The notes under the pieces were generated by a model. That model was not told the origin of the DNA and made no database searches. It saw only the letters and a list, made by a program, of their open reading frames with translations. A stretch of DNA of 64,000 nucleotides from Acutalibacteraceae bacterium (lineage in GTDB: Bacteria; Bacillota; Clostridia; Oscillospirales; Acutalibacteraceae), in NCBI GenBank assembly GCA_045587265.1, contig JAZNBX010000023.1, forward strand, positions 6,047 through 70,046, read 5' to 3'. The first letter of the stretch is position 1. Each line of letters begins with the position of its first letter. Shown one piece after another: positions 49,286-57,699 of the stretch. The position numbers were made by a program, and so were the translations under genes.

Positions 49286-49317
49286 AAAAAGCAGGTGCGA
49301 AAGCATCTGCTTTTTGT
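49286..49317 (+). terminator. Intrinsic terminator
   Basis: GCAGGTGC/GCATCTGC stem followed by TTTTT. Confidence 0.75.
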
Positions 49318-49345
49318 TTACTTGCAAGAAATTTTGTGGTATACT
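49317..49345 (+). promoter_or_regulatory. Probable promoter of the PHP/EutH-like operon
   Basis: TTTACT, a 17-nt spacer, then TGgTATACT. Implies a ~135-nt leader containing the AACAC/box module. Confidence 0.5.
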
Positions 49346-49426
49346 ATTAAAAACAGTGTTAAAATGAGTATTACCTACAACGTAACACGAAATAACACAC
49401 CTTAAAACTATAAAAAAACAAATAAC

Positions 49427-49455
49427 TTTGTGACAAAAATACGTGTAAAGAAAAA
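49427..49455 (+). repeat. Box copy A: TTTGTGAC-N7-CGTGTAAAGAAAAA
   Basis: 26 of 30 positions match copy B (51772-51800). Lies about 32 nt upstream of the TTG start at 49487. Confidence 0.7.
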
Positions 49456-49486
49456 CATAATGTGAAATATAAGGGAGATATAATTT

Positions 49487-50299
49487 TTGAAGCAAAATTT
49501 ACATATTCATACAACTTACGCAGACGGAAAAGATTCACCAGAAGAAATCGTTTTGGCGGCTATTACAAAAGAATTTGACTCTATTGGTTTTTCCGAGCAT
49601 ACTTATATGAAATTTTCCAACTATCCATATCAAATGACAATAGAGAAAATGCAAAAATATAAAGATGAAATACACCGTCTAAAAGAAAAATACAAAAACC
49701 AAATAGAAATTTTTTGCGGTTTAGAATACGAATTGTTTTCAGAAGTTACTGCAAATGATTTTGACTATATAATAGGTTCGGTGCATTACCTTGATTTTGA
49801 CGGAAAAAAGATTGGTTTTGATAAAGGGGTAGACGAAACTCAAGATTTTATCAATGAAAATTTTAATGGAGATGCTTTGAAATTCGCTGAAAAATATTAC
49901 CAAACACTGTTATTGTTACCTCAAAAGCTTAGTGTTGATATAATAGGGCATTTTGACTTGATAACCAAAACAAATGAAATAAGACCTTTTCTTGATGTAC
50001 GCTCAAATGAATATCTAAATCTTGGATACGAGGCGATTCATAATTTAAAAGGTAAAATTCCTTTTTTCGAAGTCAATACAGGTGCTATTGCAAGAGGATA
50101 TAGAACTATACCGTATCCTCAAATAGAATTCTTGAAAGAATTCAAGAAGTGTGGTTTTGGTGCGGTAATAACTTCTGATTGTCATAATAAAGACTTTCTT
50201 GATTGCAATTATTGTGAAGCGAAAGAAGTACTTGAAGAAGCCGGTTTTAACACAAAATGGATTCTTACTGTAGATGGTTTTAAAGAGGTTGAACTATGA
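49487..50299 (+). CDS. PHP-domain phosphatase (HisJ/histidinol-phosphatase family)
   Basis: NLHIHTTYADGKDSPEE, GFSEH, GSVHY, IGHFD metal-ligand pattern. TTG start after AAGGGAG. Confidence 0.8.
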   Translation: MKQNLHIHTTYADGKDSPEEIVLAAITKEFDSIGFSEHTYMKFSNYPYQMTIEKMQKYKDEIHRLKEKYKNQIEIFCGLEYELFSEVTANDFDYIIGSVHYLDFDGKKIGFDKGVDETQDFINENFNGDALKFAEKYYQTLLLLPQKLSVDIIGHFDLITKTNEIRPFLDVRSNEYLNLGYEAIHNLKGKIPFFEVNTGAIARGYRTIPYPQIEFLKEFKKCGFGAVITSDCHNKDFLDCNYCEAKEVLEEAGFNTKWILTVDGFKEVEL

Positions 50300-51363
50300 A
50301 CATACTAACTATAATAGTGGTTTCCTTTTCTGTTTTAGGTGCGGTTGACAAACTGCTTGGAAATAAAATAGGAATTGGAAGCGAGTTTGAAAAAGGCTTT
50401 AAGCTTTTTGTGCCAATGGCTTTTTCAATGCTTGGAATACTTGTAATTGCGCCCGCTGTGGGTGTTTGGCTAACACCTGTTTTTGATTGGTTTTATGCTG
50501 CATTTAAAATAGACCCTTCCATAATACCTGCATCGCTATTTGCAAACGATATGGGAGGCATGACTCTTGCAAATTCAATTTGCAAATCTGAAAACATAGG
50601 AAATTATAATGCTTTTGTTGTATCCTCTATGATGGGTTGCGTAGTTTCATTCACCATACCATTTGCCATTAGTGTAGTCAAAAAGGAACAACATAAAGAA
50701 ATGTTTTTAGGTATTCTTTGCGGCATAGCAACCATTCCCATAGGTTGCTTTGTAGCAGGACTGATTTGCCATATCAATATTTTAGATTTGTTTATGACCC
50801 TGTTGCCATTGATTGTGTTTTCAGTGCTTTTAGTGGTTTTACTTATTACTTTGACAAATTTTTGTATCAAAATATTTGTAGTGCTTGGAAATATTATCAG
50901 ATGGATATCAATGATAGGTCTAGTGTGCGCAATATTCACTTTTTTAACAAAAATTGAAATATGTCAGTATTTTGATAGCCTTGAAAATGCTGCGTTTATT
51001 TGCGTAAATGCTTGTGTAACCCTGTCAGGAATGTTGCCGTTTATGTACGTTGTTTCTAAACTTATTAATAAACCTATGGATAAAATAGGAGCAAAAATCG
51101 GGATTGATTCACTCTCTGCATTTTCCTTCATTTCAACCCTTGTCACAAATGCGACCGCATTAAGTTCTATGGAAAGAATGAATAAAAAAGGGGTTGTTCT
51201 CAATTCGGCATTTGCTGTTTCGGCGGCATTTGTATTTGGTAGCCATTTGGCGCTAACGATGGCATTCAATGCTGATTACATATTACCTATGATTGTCGGT
51301 AAAATTGTTTCGGGTGTATCGGCAGTTATTTTAGCACTATTGATTTATAAGGATAGAGAATAA
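50296..51363 (+). CDS. EutH-like permease (ethanolamine-utilisation protein EutH family)
   Basis: N-terminus ...GAVDKLLGNKIGIGSEFEKGF resembles EutH. About 10 TM segments. Its ATG overlaps the upstream stop (ATGA). Confidence 0.7.
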   Translation: MNILTIIVVSFSVLGAVDKLLGNKIGIGSEFEKGFKLFVPMAFSMLGILVIAPAVGVWLTPVFDWFYAAFKIDPSIIPASLFANDMGGMTLANSICKSENIGNYNAFVVSSMMGCVVSFTIPFAISVVKKEQHKEMFLGILCGIATIPIGCFVAGLICHINILDLFMTLLPLIVFSVLLVVLLITLTNFCIKIFVVLGNIIRWISMIGLVCAIFTFLTKIEICQYFDSLENAAFICVNACVTLSGMLPFMYVVSKLINKPMDKIGAKIGIDSLSAFSFISTLVTNATALSSMERMNKKGVVLNSAFAVSAAFVFGSHLALTMAFNADYILPMIVGKIVSGVSAVILALLIYKDRE

Positions 51364-51404
51364 AACATTGAATTACGAAAAACAACAAAAAAGGAGTGAG
51401 AACG

Positions 51405-51677
51405 ATGGACAAATTTGTTTTACATTCAAAATATAAGCCTACAGGCGACCAACCAGAGGCTATTGAAAAATTGACCGAAGGGCTCAAAAATGGCTTAACA
51501 GAGCAGGTTTTACTTGGTGTTACCGGTTCGGGTAAGACCTTTACAATGGCGAATATTATCGCAAATGCAAACAAACCGACCCTAGTTCTCGCTCACAACA
51601 AAACACTCGCCGCACAACTTTGTAGTGAATTCAGAGAATTCTTCCCCGAAAACGCGGTGGAGTATTTTGTATCCTAA
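51405..51677 (+). pseudogene. Truncated uvrB 5' fragment (RBS + 90 codons including Walker A, then stop)
   Basis: [23 protein letters not shown]...[14 protein letters not shown]...EYFVS* aligns colinearly with residues 3-92 of the intact UvrB at 52856. Confidence 0.9.
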
Positions 51678-51768
51678 TACAAGATTTGCACTAAAAACCG
51701 TCACAAAACACCGTTTTTAGGGGCTTTTTAACACCAAATAACACAGAATAACACTGTATAAACCAAAT

Positions 51769-51793
51769 AAATTTGTGACCTAAATTCGTGTAA
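51769..51793. repeat. 25-bp perfect direct repeat, copy B (AAATTTGTGACCTAAATTCGTGTAA)
   Basis: Identical to 52741-52765. Lies upstream of the LRR gene. Confidence 0.9.
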
Positions 51794-51828
51794 AGAAAAA
51801 ATAATTACTTTTCAGGAGTGAAACTATT

Positions 51829-52698
51829 TTGAATTTTTCTTTTAAATCTTTTGCTGATGGCAGTTTTGACTACGACAAGAAAACGGAAACACATACAGGT
51901 TTGTATCTTCGTGAAGAAAAAGCCGACATTAGCGGCGGTAAAATTAAGTTTTCAGATATAGATGTACTTAAAAATTATCCTAATGTTGACACTGTTACCG
52001 TTTCGGGGCTTAATCAAGAAACCTTTGAATATTTTATACTTAACTATGGTAAACAATTAAAAGCAATTCGATTTTTCAAGAATAAGCAAATTGAGGATTT
52101 GTCTCTTTTAGGCACACTTCCACAATTAGAATATCTTTATTTTTTCGCAAATCAAAAAGTAACACAGCTTTGGGATATGTCGAATAATACTTCTTTAACA
52201 GGAGTTTGCATTGAGGATTTTTCAAAGCTCAAATCCATAGTTGGCATTGAAACTGCACCCAACCTAAAATATTTTACAATCGGCAACGCAATTTGGGATA
52301 CTGCAGAAATTGAAAGTTTTATGCCTCTTGCGAACACTAAAATTGAATATTTGTCCTTTACGGGCAAAAAGATTACAGACAATGATTTTTCGTTTTTGTC
52401 TGATATGTTGCAATTAAAAGAGTTTGATTTTTCATTACACTTTTTGACAACCGAACAGGTTGCTTGGATTGTTGCTAATTTCCCACACTTGAAAGGTTTT
52501 GCTTTAAAAGCAAAACACGATTGTGAACTGTTTAAAAGCAATGAAGATTTGACAAAAGTTCCTGCAACAATTATTGTTGGTAAAAGAAAGCCGTCACTCA
52601 AAATTGAGGGGAATGAACAACGAATTAAAAATTACGAGTTAAAATTTGAGGCGTTAGTAGAGAAATATAAGGGCAAAAAATATTGTGAGATTTTTTGA
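51829..52698 (+). CDS. Cytoplasmic leucine-rich-repeat (LRR) protein
   Basis: TTG start after CAGGAG. No signal peptide. Repeated LxxLxxLxL-type units (LSLLGTLPQLEYLYF, LTGVCIEDFSKLKSIVGIE, NLKYFTIGN, IEYLSFTG, LKEFDFS). Confidence 0.65.
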   Translation: MNFSFKSFADGSFDYDKKTETHTGLYLREEKADISGGKIKFSDIDVLKNYPNVDTVTVSGLNQETFEYFILNYGKQLKAIRFFKNKQIEDLSLLGTLPQLEYLYFFANQKVTQLWDMSNNTSLTGVCIEDFSKLKSIVGIETAPNLKYFTIGNAIWDTAEIESFMPLANTKIEYLSFTGKKITDNDFSFLSDMLQLKEFDFSLHFLTTEQVAWIVANFPHLKGFALKAKHDCELFKSNEDLTKVPATIIVGKRKPSLKIEGNEQRIKNYELKFEALVEKYKGKKYCEIF

Positions 52699-52740
52699 TG
52701 TTGAATACTCGGCTGAATATTTTGTACTGAATACGACTAC

Positions 52741-52765
52741 AAATTTGTGACCTAAATTCGTGTAA
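52741..52765. repeat. 25-bp perfect direct repeat, copy C
   Basis: Identical to 51769-51793. Lies 91 nt upstream of the uvrB start. Confidence 0.9.
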
Positions 52766-52855
52766 TTTACTATTCGCCAACTTTTTGAGTAAAATTTTAG
52801 AGAATTTAAGACAAGAAAATGGCAGAAAATAATCAAAAAAGAGAGGAGTGAGAAC

Positions 52856-54823
52856 GTGCCGGATAAGTTTATTTTACATTCAAATTATAGTCCTACCGGT
52901 GATCAACCTGAAGCGATTGAAAAACTCACTGAAGGCATCAAAAATGGCTTAAAAGAGCAGGTTTTACTGGGTGTTACAGGTTCAGGTAAGACCTTTACAA
53001 TGGCGAATATTATTGCAAATGTTAATAAGCCGACGCTAGTTCTCGCTCACAATAAAACCCTTGCCGCACAACTCTGTTCAGAGTTCCGCGAATTCTTCCC
53101 CGAAAACGCGGTGGAATATTTTGTTTCCTATTATGACTACTATCAACCCGAGGCGTATATCCCGGGAACCGATACCTATATCGAAAAAGATTCGGCTATA
53201 AATGACGAGATTGATAAACTCCGCCACTCCGCCACCTGTGCACTATCCGAGCGTCGTGACGTTATAATCGTTGCATCGGTTTCTTGTATATATTCTTTAG
53301 GTAACCCTATAGATTACCGCAATATGATAATTTCTTTGCGCCGTGGCGAAGAAAAGGATAGAGATTGGCTTCTGCGCAAACTCGTAAAACTTCAATACGA
53401 GCGCAACGATATTAACTTTATTAGAAACAAGTTCCGTGTTCGTGGCGACGTTGTTGAAATTTTCCCTGCCTACTCGGGCGATACTGCAATTAGGGTTGAG
53501 TTCTTTGGCGATGAGATTGACCGTATAACCGAAATAAACGCGCTAACGGGCGAACTAAAATCCGACCTTAGCCATATTGCAATTTATCCCGCATCGCACT
53601 ATATCGTGCCCGATGATAAAAAAGAGCAGGCTTTGCAAAACATTCTTGCCGAGATGGAAGAACGTGTTAAATATTTCAAGGAAAACGATAAACTTATAGA
53701 GGCGCAACGCATCCGTCAGCGTACCGAGTACGACGTTGAAATGCTAAGGGAAATCGGTGTCTGCAAGGGTATAGAAAACTATTCTCGTGTGCTTTCGGGC
53801 AGACCCGAGGGCAGTGTGCCGTTCACTCTTTTGGACTATTTTCCTGATGATTTTCTGTTGTTTATTGACGAGTCGCACGTTACAGTTCCGCAGGTTCGTG
53901 GTATGTACGGTGGTGATAGGGCAAGAAAGGAAAATCTGGTAGAATACGGCTTCCGCTTGCCATCGGCTTTTGATAACAGACCCCTTAATTTTGAGGAGTT
54001 TTATAAGCATCTTAATCAAGTGGTGTTTGTTTCTGCAACCCCGCAACAGTTTGAGCGAGAAAAATCTGCGCAAATCGTAGAGCAGGTTATTAGACCGACA
54101 GGTCTAATAGACCCCGAAATTATAGTAAAACCTGTTGAAGGTCAAATCGACGATATTGTTTCTAATATAAACGAAATAACCGCCCGTGGCGAGCGTGTGC
54201 TAATAACCACTCTGACCAAAAAGATGGCGGAAAGCCTTACGGAATATCTTGAAAATCTTGATATAAAGGTAAGGTATATGCACTACGACGTTGACACCAT
54301 AGAGCGTATGGAGTTAATCCGCGACCTGAGGCTTGGCGGGTTTGACGTGCTTGTCGGCATTAACCTTTTGCGCGAGGGTTTGGATATACCCGAAGTATCC
54401 TTAGTAATGATACTTGATGCCGACAAAGAGGGCTTCTTGCGTTCGGAAACTTCGCTTATACAAACAATAGGTAGAGCCGCAAGAAACGCTAAAGGTCAAG
54501 TAATAATGTATGCCGATAGCGTAACGCCATCTATGGAGCGCGCTATTACCGAAACCTTGCGCCGTCGTGAGATACAAAAAGCCTACAACGAGGCACACGG
54601 AATAGTGCCAAAAACCATCAAAAAAGACGTTCACGAAATAATTGAAATATCAAGTCCTGCAGATAAGGTTAAAGAGAAACCTGCAAAGCAACTAACCAAG
54701 TACGAGCGTGAAATGCTAATTAAACGCTTGACGGCAGAAATGAAGCAGGCGGCAAAACTTTTAGAGTTTGAGCACGCCGCAATGATTCGTGACCGAATTG
54801 AAAAGTTAAGAAAGCAAAAATAA
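52856..54823 (+). CDS. uvrB: Excinuclease ABC subunit B
   Basis: GTG start after [18 protein letters not shown], helicase motifs, C-terminal UVR domain ([15 protein letters not shown]). Confidence 0.97.
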   Translation: MPDKFILHSNYSPTGDQPEAIEKLTEGIKNGLKEQVLLGVTGSGKTFTMANIIANVNKPTLVLAHNKTLAAQLCSEFREFFPENAVEYFVSYYDYYQPEAYIPGTDTYIEKDSAINDEIDKLRHSATCALSERRDVIIVASVSCIYSLGNPIDYRNMIISLRRGEEKDRDWLLRKLVKLQYERNDINFIRNKFRVRGDVVEIFPAYSGDTAIRVEFFGDEIDRITEINALTGELKSDLSHIAIYPASHYIVPDDKKEQALQNILAEMEERVKYFKENDKLIEAQRIRQRTEYDVEMLREIGVCKGIENYSRVLSGRPEGSVPFTLLDYFPDDFLLFIDESHVTVPQVRGMYGGDRARKENLVEYGFRLPSAFDNRPLNFEEFYKHLNQVVFVSATPQQFEREKSAQIVEQVIRPTGLIDPEIIVKPVEGQIDDIVSNINEITARGERVLITTLTKKMAESLTEYLENLDIKVRYMHYDVDTIERMELIRDLRLGGFDVLVGINLLREGLDIPEVSLVMILDADKEGFLRSETSLIQTIGRAARNAKGQVIMYADSVTPSMERAITETLRRREIQKAYNEAHGIVPKTIKKDVHEIIEISSPADKVKEKPAKQLTKYEREMLIKRLTAEMKQAAKLLEFEHAAMIRDRIEKLRKQK

Positions 54824-54828
54824 CACAA

Positions 54829-54872
54829 AACCCCTTGTTACAATCAATTTTGTAGCAAGGGGTTAGTCTTTT
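54829..54872 (+). terminator. Intrinsic terminator of uvrB
   Basis: 12-bp stem CCCCTTGTTACA/TGTAGCAAGGGG followed by a T-rich tail. Confidence 0.75.
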
Positions 54873-54997
54873 GCCGTTTTGTCGCAAATCCAAAGCACGA
54901 GAATAAAATAAATAGGCAAGGCATTTTGGCCTTTTAGTGCCATAGAGAGTCGCGCTTGGTACTAGGCTTTGCTACCGCGACAGAACGGAGAATATAA

Positions 54998-55246
54998 ATG
55001 GAAGATAATATTATTTTTTTCGGGCGTAGGGATATAATGCCGCAAGACAGAATAGTAATGCCTATGCCCACAAGACCTATTAATAGAAACAAGTTTGGTG
55101 CAACACCGCTTGATAAACTACCTTTAACAATGGCTTACGTGCCAATGCAACCATACGGTACCACATACGAGCCCGAAATGGCGCTTATGAACGGCACCTT
55201 GTTCCCATCAATAGATAAGCCATTTATGGCAGCAAAGAGAAGGTGA
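54998..55246 (+). CDS. cotJA: Spore coat-associated protein CotJA
   Basis: LTMAYVPMQPYGTTYEPEMALMNGTLFPSIDKPF is the CotJA signature. The exact start is uncertain. Confidence 0.85.
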   Translation: MEDNIIFFGRRDIMPQDRIVMPMPTRPINRNKFGATPLDKLPLTMAYVPMQPYGTTYEPEMALMNGTLFPSIDKPFMAAKRR

Positions 55247-55515
55247 TAGGTATGAACGATAGAGAAAAATTATTAAAACGCTTATCTGCCGCACAGTTTG
55301 CGGCTTGGGAGGTACACCTTTATCTTGATACCCATCCTGAAGATGCTGCCGCAATAGCCGCTTTTAATCAATATCAAAAGCGCGCTATGGAATTGCGCAA
55401 CGAGTATACAATGAAATACGGAGAATTGCTAGCAGGCGAGAACGCTAACCCGAACTCTTGGGAGTGGCTAAATTCTCCATGGCCATGGGAACCCGCAAAG
55501 GAGAGTGAAAGATAA
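55243..55515 (+). CDS. cotJB: Spore coat protein CotJB
   Basis: FAAWEVHLYLDTHPED...YQKRAMELRNEY. Overlaps the cotJA stop. Confidence 0.9.
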   Translation: MIGMNDREKLLKRLSAAQFAAWEVHLYLDTHPEDAAAIAAFNQYQKRAMELRNEYTMKYGELLAGENANPNSWEWLNSPWPWEPAKESER

Positions 55516-56111
55516 TGTGGCAATACCAGAAAAAATTGCAGTATCCAATAAACATTAAAAACACAAACCCAAAACTTGCCCAAATTATAATTTCGCAATA
55601 CGGCGGCCCTGATGGTGAACTCGGTGCAAGTTTACGTTATTTAAGCCAACGTTTCTCAATGCCCTATAACGAAGTAAAGGGCCTTTTAACCGACGTTGGA
55701 ACAGAAGAATTAGCCCATCTCGAAATGATCGGTACACTAGTTCATCAGTTGACTCGTAATCTAACCCCCGAAGAAATCAAGAAAAACGGTTTTGATGCAT
55801 ACTTTGTAGACCATACTGCAGGCGTTTATCCTAGCAGTGCGGCGGGCGTGCCATTTACTGCGGCATACTTGCAAAGCAAGGGCGATATCATAACCGACCT
55901 TCACGAAGACTTGGCGGCTGAGCAGAAGGCAAGAACCACCTACGACAACATTTTGCGCTTATGCGATGACCCCGACGTTGCTGACGTAATCAAATTCTTG
56001 CGCCAACGCGAAGTAGTCCATTACCAACGCTTCGGCGAAGCATTAAGGCTTACAACCGAGCGTTTGGACTCTAAAAACTTCTATGCAATCAATCCAAGTT
56101 TTGATAAATAA
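55515..56111 (+). CDS. cotJC: Spore coat protein CotJC (Mn-catalase family)
   Basis: GGPDGELGASLRYLSQRF...EELAHLEMIGT... Confidence 0.9.
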   Translation: MWQYQKKLQYPINIKNTNPKLAQIIISQYGGPDGELGASLRYLSQRFSMPYNEVKGLLTDVGTEELAHLEMIGTLVHQLTRNLTPEEIKKNGFDAYFVDHTAGVYPSSAAGVPFTAAYLQSKGDIITDLHEDLAAEQKARTTYDNILRLCDDPDVADVIKFLRQREVVHYQRFGEALRLTTERLDSKNFYAINPSFDK

Positions 56112-56282
56112 CTTTTAAGATAAAGGGTTGCTTTTAGGTCTTTTGTTTTTTCAGATTTAAACTATAACACACCGCCGTAGTAAAAACTTGCTTCGGCGGT
56201 ATTTTTCTTGCTCAAAATACTTGTATTTTTTCTAAAATTAAGGTATAATTATATCAACTATATATAATGGAGTGAAATATAC

Positions 56283-56975
56283 TTGTTAATACTACTAATG
56301 TCTGATGGAGATTTTGGTTGGTTAGAGGTTGTTTATTTTGCAATGGCGGCTTTAATCAATATCTTTTTCTCGCTACCCGTTCACGAGTTTGCACACGGCT
56401 TTATTGCACACAAACTTGGCGATAACACCGCTAAAAATTATGGCAGACTAACCCTTAATCCATTTGCTCATATTGATTGGATGGGTGCGCTACTAATGAT
56501 TTTGGTTGGCTTCGGCTGGGCAAAACCTGTTCCCGTTTCAATGCATAATTTCAGAAAACCAAAAGCACACATGGCGCTAACTGCATTAGCAGGTCCCGTT
56601 TCGAATCTTTTGTTGGCATTTTTGTTCTTGTTTTTTGGTAACGTATTCTTTGTAATCGCTTCTTACACAATCAATATCCCTGCATTGTGTTATATATTAT
56701 TTGTTCTGTTTGCGATATTCGAAGTAGCGGCTAGCCTTAATGTTTACCTTGCGGTGTTCAACCTTATTCCAATCCCACCGCTTGATGGCTCGCGTTTGCT
56801 AAATGCATTCCTTTCAGACCGCGCGTATTATACTTTGATGCGATTTGAACGCTATACCTTTTTAATTGTTGTTGCCGTAGTTTATATTTTCGGTGACGCA
56901 TTGGATTGGCTAACTTCAACAATATTAGGCGGATTAAGTTATGTTGCACAACTTCCGCTATTAGGTTTAATGTAG
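56283..56975 (+). CDS. Site-2 protease family (M50) membrane metalloprotease
   Basis: HEFAHG motif and NLIPIPPLDGSRL. Polytopic. TTG start. Confidence 0.85.
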   Translation: MLILLMSDGDFGWLEVVYFAMAALINIFFSLPVHEFAHGFIAHKLGDNTAKNYGRLTLNPFAHIDWMGALLMILVGFGWAKPVPVSMHNFRKPKAHMALTALAGPVSNLLLAFLFLFFGNVFFVIASYTINIPALCYILFVLFAIFEVAASLNVYLAVFNLIPIPPLDGSRLLNAFLSDRAYYTLMRFERYTFLIVVAVVYIFGDALDWLTSTILGGLSYVAQLPLLGLM

Positions 56976-56982
56976 GTGTAAA

Positions 56983-57699
56983 ATGGTAGATATTACTTAT
57001 AAACTTGATGTGTTTGAAGGCCCTCTAGACCTTCTACTGCATCTAATATCAAAAAACAAACTTAATATCGATGATATTTCGCTATTTGAACTTATCGAGC
57101 AGTATTTATCCTATATCGATAAGGCCAAAGAGCAGGATGCCGATATTCAAAGTGAGTTTTTGGAAATGGCGGCAAGGTTGGTTTATTTAAAAACCGTAGC
57201 GCTTTTGCCGAAATACGAAGAAGCTGAACAGTTGAAGCAGGAACTTACGGGCGAACTGCTAGAATATAAACTGTGTCGTGAAATGGCGGCAAAACTTGCT
57301 ACTATGACCGAAGGGTTTGATTGCTTTGTAAGGCAACCTTTAGAGGTTGACCCTGATAAGCGATATATTCTTACCCATGCTTCAAGCGTTCTTTACGATG
57401 CATATTTTGCGGCAGTTGGTAGGGGACAACGAAAGTTGCCACCATCATCTGCGCCGTTTGAAAAAATTGTGGCGAGAAAAATCGTATCCGTGCCTTCTAA
57501 AATAGTTTACATTTTAAGGGCGGTTACAAGAAAGGGCGTTTCGCGTTTTAAAGAACTGTTCCGTGAAACCAAAAACCGCTCCGAAATAGTTGCAACATTT
57601 TTAGCAGTGTTGGAACTTGTTAAGGCGAATAGATTATCGGTTGGCGGTCAGGGCGAAGAATCTGAAATTTCAATAAATAAGGAGAAAAATAAGAAGTGA
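56983..57699 (+). CDS. scpA: Segregation and condensation protein A
   Basis: FEGPLDLLLHLISKNKLNI signature. Confidence 0.92.
   Translation: MVDITYKLDVFEGPLDLLLHLISKNKLNIDDISLFELIEQYLSYIDKAKEQDADIQSEFLEMAARLVYLKTVALLPKYEEAEQLKQELTGELLEYKLCREMAAKLATMTEGFDCFVRQPLEVDPDKRYILTHASSVLYDAYFAAVGRGQRKLPPSSAPFEKIVARKIVSVPSKIVYILRAVTRKGVSRFKELFRETKNRSEIVATFLAVLELVKANRLSVGGQGEESEISINKEKNKK

Noticed and set aside
51771-51800. The TTTGTGAC-N7-CGTGTAAAG box considered as a Rex, CRP/Fnr, CodY or LexA (Cheo box GAAC-N4-GTTC) operator, or as a -35/-10 pair.
   Set aside because: It is not palindromic. Only one half-site resembles TTGTGAA. No GAAC-N4-GTTC occurs upstream of either uvrB copy. The 7-nt spacing between the two conserved blocks is incompatible with a -35/-10 arrangement.
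47807-52843. Calling the block an intact mobile element, prophage or ICE.
   Set aside because: No integrase, recombinase, transposase, relaxase or phage structural gene is recognisable in any frame. Only repeat scars are present, so it is reported as a finding and not as a mobile_element feature.
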